In this document: positions 52,154 through 64,000 of the stretch, in pieces
How the letters are laid out: each line of letters opens with the position of its first letter
Numbering within the stretch: position 1 is the first letter of the stretch
Assembly (NCBI RefSeq): GCF_001194135.2
Contig: NC_068984.1
Location: 128,556,757 to 128,620,756, forward strand
DNA from: Octopus bimaculoides
Lineage: Eukaryota
Direction: 5' to 3'
Length of the DNA stretch: 64,000 nucleotides
Notes under the pieces: generated by a model
Databases searched by the model: none
The model's input: the letters and a program-made list of their open reading frames with translations, nothing else
Told to the model about the DNA's origin: nothing
Made by a program: the position numbers and the translations under genes

Positions 52154-52841
52154 CGTGTGTGTTGGAAATTGAAAGTATTGGAGCTTTAGGAAATTAAAGA
52201 AATGGTTGGAGATGACAGCAGCAAATATAAATTATATATCAGTTTTCCTTTATTTCCTATATGACAACAGAAAATAGACATCTTCCGGTCTTGTTGGTAC
52301 ATTAATTCAATATTAATTAAACAGACACAGTTCGTCCGTATAGGTTTGAAATATGACAGAATTCAAACAGAGGATGCAACAGATCTTAGTTTACAACATC
52401 AATCAAAAATGTGCAGGTTAAGAAATATAACTTTGAAAACACAACAGTCAATGATAACAAGTTGGTTACGCGATATCAATAATAAGTGAAGTGTGCATAA
52501 TGTCCTTTGAGAATATGTTTATATTTTCTTGTTTTACAAAAGTCAGTTGACTACATTGAGTTATCATTTATCTTTTACTTATTTCAGTTATTGGACTGAA
52601 GACATACTGGAGCAACACCTTGAAGATTTTTTTTTAGTTGAACGAATCTACGCCAGTATTTATTTGAAGTTTGCTACTTATTCTTATTTCTTTACTGCCC
52701 ACAAGGGGCTACACACAGAGGGGCAAACAAGGACAGACAAACGGATTAAGTCGATTATATCGACCCCAGTGCGTAACTGTGTATGTGTGTCCGATTTTGT
52801 TTATATACCTCGAACTGCTTCTAATTCATATTTGAATATAT

Positions 52842-52911
<70 letters not shown>

Positions 52912-52985
52912 TAATAATAATAAAAATAATAATAATAATAATCTATGGATGGAGTTTTAAAATATTTTATAAATTCCATCCATGG

Positions 52986-53040
<55 letters not shown>

Positions 53041-55409
53041 GCATATTTATTTTACGTTGTATCGCTCAGCTCGGTACAGCCCCATAAAACTGAGCTTTTC
53101 CAAGTGTAATAACTTGTCCTGTACTTTTTCAGGTTTTTAATCCTAAGAATATTGTTTCTCGTGCTCGCATTTTCCCATGTAATCCATGTTTTTTTTCCAG
53201 GATATGCTATTATGTTAATTAATAATGTGTCAAATGTTTCAATTAGCAGTGTCGTTGATAATTTTTTCCTTACCTCAATGATGCCGGTGACATATTAAAA
53301 GTCCCCTTATAGAACTATATTCATAGAATAGTATAGAACTATATTATCACCCTCAAATATGAAAAACAAACTCTCATAACTTTTTTCTTTTAAAACTTCA
53401 TTGTATGAAATTGATACCATGAAATTCCTCGAATTGAGCTCTATCATTTAAGCTTAATTAAAATATAGTTTGCTTTTAAAATAAAAAAGTTAATTGCATT
53501 TAAATCCAATTTTTTGCTTTACATCTTTTTCAAGATATTTTACCTTACAACTTTTTTGATACAAATTTTTGTTGCATGGAACCAAAACTATGAAATTCCT
53601 TAGGCTTTCTTCTATTATTGAAGCTAAGATAAATATATTTTGCTTTTAAAATAAAAAAAAAAGTTATTTAGATCTAAACTATAACGTTGCAACAAATTTT
53701 GATGTAAACTTTTTTCTACTGGAACAAATCTCAATTTTTTACGCCAAAATGTAGCTAGAGACCAATCCTCTTCAAAAATGTTAACAAATTTCAATTTGGT
53801 TAAGAACTGAATTAGCGACAAGCTCTGAAAGATGCTGCGTGTGAGTAAATTGCGACCTTAAGAATATTATTCAATTGCTACTGTAGTTGAATGATATATA
53901 AGGAATGTAAATGCTTAAGGTTTTCTCGAGTTTTTTTTTATATACACAAAACTATAATAACCGCATTTCTGCGATGATATTTTATAGTGGATCGCGAGCA
54001 AATTTATAACATGTCAATTCAATCAGTTGTAGAACGAACAAATCTCGATGAACTCCATAGGTTTTCAATGTAATTTGTAGGAGCCCGATGAATATAATTT
54101 ACAAACTGAATTCAATGCTTCAGGCGTACGTGACTGCGTCCTATCGGGTTAAAGGTATTTAAAAATGACATACTGAGCGGAAATAAACGCTGTCAATAAA
54201 CATTTATAGTTTATGGTCTAGATGTTGTCATGTCCGAAGAGTTCAGTAGAAAAATGGCATGCCGGGATAATAACGAAGGACCATTCAATGTACATAACGA
54301 CCTTGAACACTTTCTCCTCAATCGATCGAAGAAAGAGTTTTTCTGCGGTTTAAGTTCTTCAAAAGGATCAATGAACTCAAGGGTAATGAAATCGATGCCA
54401 TTGACGTAAAATGCAGCTGTGACAAGGTGACACATTTTACATTGTCTGTAGGTATGTCACGCACATGTGTTGCATATTGCTATATACCCAAAGCACGTTA
54501 TATGTGTAAGGGACGACCGTGCGAACTCATAAAAGGAGAAATGGTGACGAATGGAAAAACAGAGGACTCCTTTTATTTAAACGCGTCACACGGTCGAACA
54601 CACAATAATATATCGAAGATGATATACTAATATGTTATGCGACGATAACATAGATGACCAGTAATGAAAGACCACAACCGTATTAGATGAATAACAGAGA
54701 TATTTATTGTGGCGTTAAAGATGTATGTCTGTGTGAGAGTGTGAATGCGACATATAAGAACATAATCAAAGACAGGCCGTCATACAAAGAAAAGTGTGTA
54801 TGTGAGTGATACATGTGTGTATGAGTGTTTACAGCAGATAGAAAGAGAGTCAATAACACGTGAGCAATTATACCAGTTCTTTAGTACACTATAGGAAAAG
54901 TTCTGTATGTNNNNNNNNNNNNNNNNNNNNNNNNNNNNNNNNNNNNNNNNNNNNNNNNNNNNNNNNNNNNNNNNNNNNNNNNNNNNNNNNNNNNNNNNNN
55001 NNNNNNNNNNNNNNNNNNNNNNNNNNNNNNNNNNNNNNNNNNNNNNNNNNNNNNNNNNNNNNNNNNNNNNNNNNNNNNNNNNNNNNNNNNNNNNNNNNNN
55101 NNNNNNNNNNNNNNNNNNNNNNNNNNNNNNNNNNNNNNNNNNNNNNNNNNNNNNNNNNNNNNNNNNNNNNNNNNNNNNNNNNNNNNNNNNNNNNNNNNNN
55201 NNNNNNNNNNNNNNNNNNNNNNNNNNNNNNNNNNNNNNNNNNNNNNNNNNNNNNNNNNNNNNNNNNNNNNNNNNNNNNNNNNNNNNNNNNNNNNNNNNNN
55301 NNNNGAAGCTGCTGAAGTGGTCGCTGGAACTGCTGCTGCTGTCGTGTGGTACACGGAACAGTTCTCAAAGAGAAACTGGACCGAGACAAATTTGTGGGGT
55401 ATGAGTTGA

Positions 55410-55560
55410 TCTATTTATAACAAATTATTGGCTCCCGATGGCTTCAGTTTAATACTCTATCACGTGACCTTATTAGGGGCTGTGATTGGTCAGTTTGCGT
55501 TCTGGCGGGAACGGTTCGAAGAAGTTGCCGATTCGAATAATAATCAGTCACGTGATGACA
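55410..55560. promoter_or_regulatory. Orphan promoter-like motif cluster
   Basis: TATAAATA on minus (55419-55412). Two ATTGG/CCAAT (55427-55431, 55485-55489). Two TCACGTGA E-boxes (55459-55468, 55547-55556). E2F-like TGGCGGGAA (55503-55511). Locally CpG-rich. Confidence 0.5.
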
Positions 55561-55893
55561 AGGTTAATGTTTTCCCCTACGTTCGCGTTTGTTTATATTT
55601 AAATGAGAAGAATGGCGATAGCAGTTTTGTATCTAATGGCGATAGTTATTAGAGACGATAGGTAGTTTCACTACATATGTAACTGCTATTACGTGTGCAA
55701 GATGTGAAGCTGATCCTCCATATGCACTGACATGGTTGAAACTACAATGGACGGTGAAAGCACTCGATGATCATTGGTTACTTACTACCCCGAATGTCAT
55801 ATCCCCATGACCTCTACTCTTCCCCACTGTCTCACTTTAGGTGTGTGCGTTTGTATACATATATATGTATGTATGTATGCATTAGTGTACACA

Positions 55894-55968
<75 letters not shown>

Positions 55969-56079
55969 TAAACTATTCTGATAAAAACAATTTTTACAGA
56001 AATTTCGGTCAAGTAATGCGCGACAAAGGTAGTTCTCGAAACATCTGAAACCAGAATGTTCAATGTATCACAGATAGAA

Positions 56080-56140
56080 TATGTGTGTGTGTGTATACAC
56101 ACACACACACATACACACACATATGTGCACACACACACAC

Positions 56141-56171
<31 letters not shown>

Positions 56172-56499
56172 CTTATGTGTTTGTATGTTGTGGGCATACG
56201 TGCGCGTGCATACACGCACACACATACACAGGCGCATATATTTATGTATGCCTCGAATTGTTTGTTTGATTCACTTAGCTTACATACATACATACATACA
56301 TACATACACACATACATACATACATACACACATACATACATACATGCATACATACATACATATATATACGTTTATATATATATGTGTAAGTTCATATATA
56401 TGTGTATACATGTATATAAGTATCCACGTACGCATAAAGATATGTACATATATTACATATATGTATATATATGTGTTGATATTCATATAAATTCATGCT

Positions 56500-56578
<79 letters not shown>

Positions 56579-56690
56579 ATATGTATGTGTGTGTGTGTAT
56601 GTGTTTATATATACATGCATACATACATACAACTATACATAAGTATACACATATATGAGCGAGTGTGTGTATATACGTACACCTATGTAA
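56080..56690. repeat. Compound (CA)/(TA)/(TACA) microsatellite block. Similar blocks at 3725-4600, 7860-8210 and 57590-57830
   Basis: Direct reading. Accounts for the many HT/CV/YI-repeat pseudo-ORFs in the track. Confidence 0.95.
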
Positions 56691-57319
56691 TCCGCCTTAC
56701 TGAACACCTACCCAGCCACCCACCTACTCGTCTCGTGTATGTATATGTTTCCATGTGTTTAAGAGTTAGCTGAATGAAATCAAAAGCTGATAGCAAGAAG
56801 TGGTTCTAACCGGTTTGAGTAGTCTCTAGGTATGTTAGCTGATACCATTAGCCGTTTTATTTCAAACACCTCGAATTGGCATCCCTCCTACACTGTCAAT
56901 GTTTACGCAATGTAATACTCACACACTATATGTGTCATCTGCTCTGTTTTTGCCTTACGTACATCTACGTTAGCACCTACAATTCACTCCAATGATATCA
57001 GTTTTCTTCAGCTGATTTTTCAAACATTAATTCGCTGTTTGATGTATTATCGCTTGGTTAATAAAAGTCTTTTAAGAATTCATCATGAACTGACGGGAAG
57101 GTAAATGGTTTTAAGATTCAAGACTGTCGACATTCGGATTCAAAAGCAATTTTGAGCGATTGGAAGTAAGTTGAGAATAATGACAATAATCCTTTCTCCT
57201 ATAGGCACAAGGCCTGAAGTATTTGACGAGGCGGCAAGTTGATTACATCGATCCCAGAGCTCAACTGGTACTTATTTTATGAACTCTGAAAGGATGAAAG
57301 GCATAGACAACCACGTTTA

Positions 57320-57351
<32 letters not shown>

Positions 57352-57596
57352 CACTTACAAATACATACAGAGACCAGCTAACATGCATTTTGCAAACACA
57401 ATCTATAAGGAGACCAGTAAAAATATGCAAGGCTTTTCTAAAGTTTAACATAACTCTTATCTTTGTTGCCACTCAATTTCCAGCAAAAAGACTTTTGTTT
57501 CTTTGTTAAAAACCAGAATTCCAATAATTAAAAGAAATAGGTTTAAGGTTACTTACTTTCATATATGTAGGGGTATATGTAGACATGTTTATATTT

Positions 57597-57632
<36 letters not shown>

Positions 57633-57657
57633 ACACACAGACACACACAGACACACA

Positions 57658-57750
<93 letters not shown>

Positions 57751-60740
57751 GTGTGTGTGTATTGATGCATTCATACATACACACACAAGTGCATATATAT
57801 ATATATATATATATATGTTGGCATATACATACATCCCAGCACAAGAAATATTAGTGGAACGTTCCTATTAAAACGTTCACCCAGTAGACTTAGATGTCTA
57901 CGATAGAACACATAAACTAAATAATATTATGGGGGTTAGCTTCTCGAATGGATGTAAGCGTTTCAAATTTAGTAAGAAGAGAAATTTTATAGTCATCTGC
58001 TTGGAAATCTACAACTCGTTCCAGATTATATATTACATTCGTACGTATAGTCAGTCGCTGGTATACTTGTTTATGATACTTAGTTTTAAACAACAGTCTG
58101 GGTTTCAGACAAAGAAAAAGATCATTTAACTTGTCTGCTGTAAAATCAATACGTAAAAGTAAAAAATGAAAATATGCAAGATCTTTCTCTATATCAAGAT
58201 AAAATTCTATATTTTTGTCGTTATCTAAATTACAATGATGAGATTTGTTGTCTTTGTTACAAACAAGGCTCACAATGGAATAAGTAAAAGAATTAAAAAC
58301 GAGACATACATACAAACATGCATAGTATTATAATAATATTCTCAAATACACACATACTAATTCTTGGTAAGAGTTTAATTTTCCCGCCCATTTACGCAGC
58401 AGTAAGATTACAATCGGAGAAGCTTTATCCCTTATTCGTCACATTAGTCTATTGCAAGCGTTATAGCAGTGAGAAACCGCTGGTTTGAGGTGACATATGG
58501 ACTTTGGAAAAAAGATATTCCTGTAAAATTATGTTATAGAAACATATCTTTAAGCATTTTCCTAAAATTAAAAGACATATATTTGTGTAAATAACACTTC
58601 AATAACAGAATTATTACCGAAATTAAAATTTTGGCTCGTCGTGCTAAAAAGATTTCTCATTAATGCCCGTGTCTATGAAAGATACGAATATGTTCATCCT
58701 GGGCTTTTTATCTGCGACAATGAACTAACAGTCTAAAGCACAACTATGCTATTTAAGCTATCCACCACGATTACAGCTTAGTCGTCGACTGCTATATATA
58801 GTAGCCAAGCGTCGTGTGCTATCGATTGAGGAAGGAGAATGGGTGCGTCTTCCATGAGGCGTGAACAACTACCCATTAAACTGTCTGTAAGGAGATTCTC
58901 ACGCCTCTATTTTCCGTATGTCGAAAACAGAGGGAACGTGTTTATATCTTATATATTTCATTACCACAGTTAAAGGCTTTCCAATATGTAAACTATTTCA
59001 CTATTTCTGATTTACTCCGCGTTTTGCATAAAATTTATCTTTAAATAATCTGAGTTTATCTTTTCCCTTTTCTTTAAATTTCTCACAGACAGAGCCCTAT
59101 TTCAGAGTTCTGTCTGCGATACTCTCTATCAAGACGAGTGTATTCAATATATGCCTCAGTGAATACTATTTATTCTAAAAGAATTCTATTTCTTGCTACT
59201 CGAGTTTTATGCCACTGTGATCTTCAGGTGAGAACTATTTTCTTTTGGTAGAATATGTTTTAATAGGGTGGATCCTTTGACAATATCAGTTGATTTCCAG
59301 ATATTGTTTTCTCATGTTGCATTTTAGGGTTGTTGTCTATAGCTAACGTTTTCGCTGTTAGCTTCCAAAGCTGTTTCGTTGTTGAATTTAAAGGTGTTAT
59401 TTATAGTTATAGTAATTTCATTTGTTGATTTGTTGCTGGTACTATTTTTGAATTAGTGGTTTTCGCTGCTGTTTATCTATAGATTGTTTTGTTATTTCGA
59501 AGTATTCTTGTTTACCTGGTTCTATTTCAGCTATTGTTCTATTTCCGATATCTCGTTTTTTTTTCGCTTTTGTTGGATTATTTCATAACCTGTTTACCTG
59601 GAGTAATTAATGGTAGTTTTTGCATGTTGTTTATTTGTTCATCGCTTAAATCGTTTTTAGGAAGTTGTTTTCTATTTTGTTAGCTATGGTTCGGTGACAG
59701 CAAGTTCCAGTTAATGAATTTGTATAACCTTTTTAGTTGAGCAGTGTTTTTAGATTTTAAGTACTCTTTGAAGGAGTTTATGTCTATTACAAGAATAATT
59801 TTAGTTAATAGAAAATTTCCAGCCCACTGCATTATTATTACACTCTGATATATTCAGCCTACTGTTCTTATAATCTTGATTGTTATTGCCATAACGTTTC
59901 GACCGTGGACACTCTTGTCTTTTTCAGGCAGCATGTTCATTCGCAAAATTTAAAATTGACAAAACAGCTATGAATATATGAAGAACACTTTTGAAGAAAA
60001 TATATAATTTTAAATGATTCTTTTAAAGTGAATATGCTTCATTCTAATTACCTTCTTTTCATTCTGTTTACCTTCTAATTATAAATTGTTTTTGAGTCCT
60101 TGAAGCTACAAATACGAAAGCTAGTTATTTACAAATATTCACAAGCGTCATTGGCAAGCAAGTATGACTTGGTAATATGTACTGTGCTTTCGTTAAGTGC
60201 TTTAGGTATCTACAAAATCGTGAGCTGGTACAGGCACACGCTCTGCATTCCCACTCTTGACTTAGTGGAACGCCAAAGATGTGACAGTCTGGTCGAGGGA
60301 GAAAGAGAGAAAGAGAGGGAAAGAGAGGGGGACGGAGGGGGACTTGTGCTAGCCTTCAGCTGAGTAGACTGGAGTAGCATGAAATACTTCCCTCAAGAAC
60401 ACAACTCACAGCCCGGTCTAGGAATCGAACCACGTATGAATCTCATGAATGTGAGCATAACGCAGTTGCCAAAAGGCCACGTACATTCATAAACAAAAGT
60501 AAATAGGTTGACTAAATATTTTACTGGACTTGCAAAACTTATAGCTTTGTATTCAGAACTGTTGAAGTCAATTAAGTCACCCAGGGAAATTTATCAAAGA
60601 TAATCCCTTACATATAGCCTTTCTTCAAATAAGTAAAACAAACAAACAATTTTTAATAAATAAATAAATAAATAAAGGATCGTGACAGTGTGTTTCAGGA
60701 AAAGGACTGAATTATTGATAGTGATATCAATGGAATAGGG

Positions 60741-60781
<41 letters not shown>

Positions 60782-62312
60782 NNNNNNNNNNNNNNNNNNN
60801 NNNNNNNNNNNNNNNNNNNNNNNNNNNNNNNNNNNNNNNNNNNNNNNNNNNNNNNNNNNNNNNNNNNNNNNNNNNNNNNNNNNNNNNNNNNNNNNNNNNN
60901 NNNNNNNNNNNNNNNNNNNNNNNNNNNNNNNNNNNNNNNNNNNNNNNNNNNNNNNNNNNNNNNNNNNNNNNNNNNNNNNNNNNNNNNNNNNNNNNNNNNN
61001 NNNNNNNNNNNNNNNNNNNNNNNNNNNNNNNNNNNNNNNNNNNNNNNNNNNNNNNNNNNNNNNNNNNNNNNNNNNNNNNNNNNNNNNNNNNNNNNNNNNN
61101 NNNNNNNNNNNNNNNNNNNNNNNNNNNNNNNNNNNNNNNNNNNNNNNNNNNNNNNNNNNNNNNNNNNNNNNNNNNNNNNNNNNNNNNNNNNNNNNNNNNN
61201 NNNNNNNNNNNNNNNNNNNNNNNNNNNNNNNNNNNNNNNNNNNNNNNNNNNNNNNNNNNNNNNNNNNNNNNNNNNNNNNNNNNNNNNNNNNNNNNNNNNN
61301 NNNNNNNNNNNNNNNNNNNNNNNNNNNNNNNNNNNNNNNNNNNNNNNNNNNNNNNNNNNNNNNNNNNNNNNNNNNNNNNNNNNNNNNNNNNNNNNNNNNN
61401 NNNNNNNNNNNNNNNNNNNNNNNNNNNNNNNNNNNNNNNNNNNNNNNNNNNNNNNNNNNNNNNNNNNNNNNNNNNNNNNNNNNNNNNNNNNNNNNNNNNN
61501 NNNNNNNNNNNNNNNNNNNNNNNNNNNNNNNNNNNNNNNNNNNNNNNNNNNNNNNNNNNNNNNNNNNNNNNNNNNNNNNNNNNNNNNNNNNNNNNNNNNN
61601 NNNNNNNNNNNNNNNNNNNNNNNNNNNNNNNNNNNNNNNNNNNNNNNNNNNNNNNATATATAATATGTGTGTGTGTGCGTGCGTGTGTGTACATGATTAT
61701 ATTTTGCAGGAGGCAAATAATTAAGCAATTGAGCTTATTAATATACAAAATGGTTGTGTGTGAACGTGCTCGCATATGTATGAGTGACTTTGTGCTTGAG
61801 ATTGTCCCCTACACGGCTTGACAACCGGTCGAACTGTATGGAAAGTCGCAGCATTCCTAGCAGACCACCAGTGCCTGACCTCCGGCAGAATCTTCCGGGG
61901 GCGCATCGGACTGATTAGCCACATGGCCGGACGCACAATGACCCCTCTTCCACTCCCTTGTGATGCCCTGGTCATCGTCGACAACGACGGACGAACAGTA
62001 ATTTACACACACACACATATATATGCAGGCGTAGCTGTGTGGTAAGAAGTTTCATTCTCAACTACACGGTTCCGGTTTCAGTCCACTGCGTGGCACCTTG
62101 AGCAAGTGTCTTGTACTATAGCCCCAGGCCGACCAAAGTCTTGTGAATGGTTTTGGTAGACGGAAACTGAAAGAAGCCCGTCGTACATATATATATATGT
62201 ATTCTTTTATTCTTTTATTTGTTTCAGTCATTTGACTGTGGCCATGCTGGAGCACCGCCTTTAGTACTTATTCTATTGGGGTCTTTGCCGAACCACCAAG
62301 TTACGGGGACGT

Positions 62313-62353
<41 letters not shown>

Positions 62354-63347
62354 NNNNNNNNNNNNNNNNNNNNNNNNNNNNNNNNNNNNNNNNNNNNNNN
62401 NNNNNNNNNNNNNNNNNNNNNNNNNNNNNNNNNNNNNNNNNNNNNNNNNNNNNNNNNNNNNNNNNNNNNNNNNNNNNNNNNNNNNNNNNNNNNNNNNNNN
62501 NNNNNNNNNNNNNNNNNNNNNNNNNNNNNNNNNNNNNNNNNNNNNNNNNNNNNNNNNNNNNNNNNNNNNNNNNNNNNNNNNNNNNNNNNNNNNNNNNNNN
62601 NNNNNNNNNNNNNNNNNNNNNNNNNNNNNNNNNNNNNNNNNNNNNNNNNNNNNNNNNNNNNNNNNNNNNNNNNNNNNNNNNNNNNNNNNNNNNNNNNNNN
62701 NNNNNNNNNNNNNNNNNNNNNNNNNNNNNNNNNNNNNNNNNNNNNNNNNNNNNNNNNNNNNNNNNNNNNNNNNNNNNNNNNNNNNNNNNNNNNNNNNNNN
62801 NNNNNNNNNNNNNNNNNNNNNNNNNNNNNNNNNNNNNNNNNNNNNNNNNNNNNNNNNNNNNNNNNNNNNNNNNNNNNNNNNNNNNNNNNNNNNNNNNNNN
62901 NNNNNNNNNNNNNNNNNNNNNNNNNNNNNNNNNNNNNNNNNNNNNNNNNNNNNNNNNNNNNNNNNNNNNNNNNNNNNNNNNNNNNNNNNNNNNNNNNNNN
63001 NNNNNNNNNNNNNNNNNNNNNNNNNNNNNNNNNNNNNNNNNNNNNNNNNNNNNNNNNNNNNNNNNNNNNNNNNNNNNNNNNNNNNNNNNNNNNNNNNNNN
63101 NNNNNNNNNNNNNNNNNNNNNNNNNNNNNNNNNNNNNNNNNNNNNNNNNNNNNNNNNNNNNNNNNNNNNNNNNNNNNNNNNNNNNNNNNNNNNNNNNNNN
63201 NNNNNNNNNNNNNNNNNNNNNNNNNNNNNNNNNNNNNNNNNNNNNNNNNNNNNNNNNNNNNNNNNNNNNNNNNNNNNNNNNNNNNNNNNNNNNNNNNNNN
63301 NNNNNNNNNNNNNNNNNNNNNNNNNNNNNNNNNNNNNNNNNNNNNNN

Positions 63348-63348
63348 C

Positions 63349-63379
<31 letters not shown>

Positions 63380-63383
63380 CCAC

Positions 63384-63436
<53 letters not shown>

Positions 63437-63480
63437 CCATCATCATCATCGCAGCCACCATCATTACCACCACCCCCCAC
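63348..63480. repeat. (CAC/CAT)n trinucleotide repeat adjoining a gap
   Basis: Direct reading. Confidence 0.9.
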
Positions 63481-63772
63481 CTTCAACATTACTGCTACCC
63501 CCGCCTCCACCTAATAACAATAGCTATCAAGAATAACAATGTCACTGCCTTCGCCCCCGCCAACCTCTTCTATCCTTTACCCAAATTATGTAAACAAAAT
63601 ACGGTGAAACTATATCTTATATCATCGCACCAATATACCTCTCGCAATTTTCACTAGCCTTCACCGCAGTTGTTTGCGTGTGTGTATGTGTGTGTGTCAC
63701 ATACATACATACATACATACATACATACATACATACATACACACATACACACATACATACATACGTACATAC

Positions 63773-63803
<31 letters not shown>

Positions 63804-64000
63804 TATATTATTATGATTGACCGTTGACTGAACACTATTCAATTTTTTTTCTCCGTGTTTTTCTCCTTGTCTCCGTATTCTTTCTGTTGAAGAGCGTAGC
63901 TCGAAACGTCAAAGACTTTCCGTATTCCCGAGCGTCATACTAATATATACTTTTGTTATTTACACCACCTGTCCTCGTCTGTTGTTATTATTTGTATATT

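Noticed and set aside
58430-58525. Minus-strand peptide ICHLKPAVSHCYNACNR resembling a Kunitz start
   Set aside because: Stops immediately, and no GC/GN.NNF half exists in any frame; likely chance.
7162-63842. Long ORFs in the track containing X runs or HT/CV/YI/N/L homopolymers
   Set aside because: Artefacts of N gaps and microsatellites; no coding signal.

Overview
AT-rich, microsatellite- and SINE-dense animal genomic DNA with about 7.9 kb (~12%) of N gaps. The SINE families and repeat landscape suggest an octopus genome (inference). One protein-coding gene can be reconstructed by hand on the minus strand. It has six coding exons: 32023-31936, 28157-28030, 23479-23380, 19861-19682, 16644-16489 and 2471-2269. 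All introns are GT-AG with matching phases, giving an 855-nt CDS and a 284-aa secreted protein. The protein has a signal peptide, an antistasin-like domain, a follistatin-N-like 6-Cys module, a lustrin/WR1-like 6-Cys module and two Kunitz domains (P1 Arg and P1 Leu). Three of these exons are not translated in the correct frame in the supplied ORF track. A likely non-coding first exon with TATA box lies at about 34043-34193. The rest of the window is tRNA-derived SINEs, decayed LINE/Penelope fragments, Helitron-like elements, TIR MITEs (hAT, Kolobok-like, Tc1/mariner-like, foldbacks) and simple repeats. There is also an orphan promoter-like cluster at about 55.4-55.6 kb beside a gap. No rRNA, true tRNA or CRISPR features were seen.
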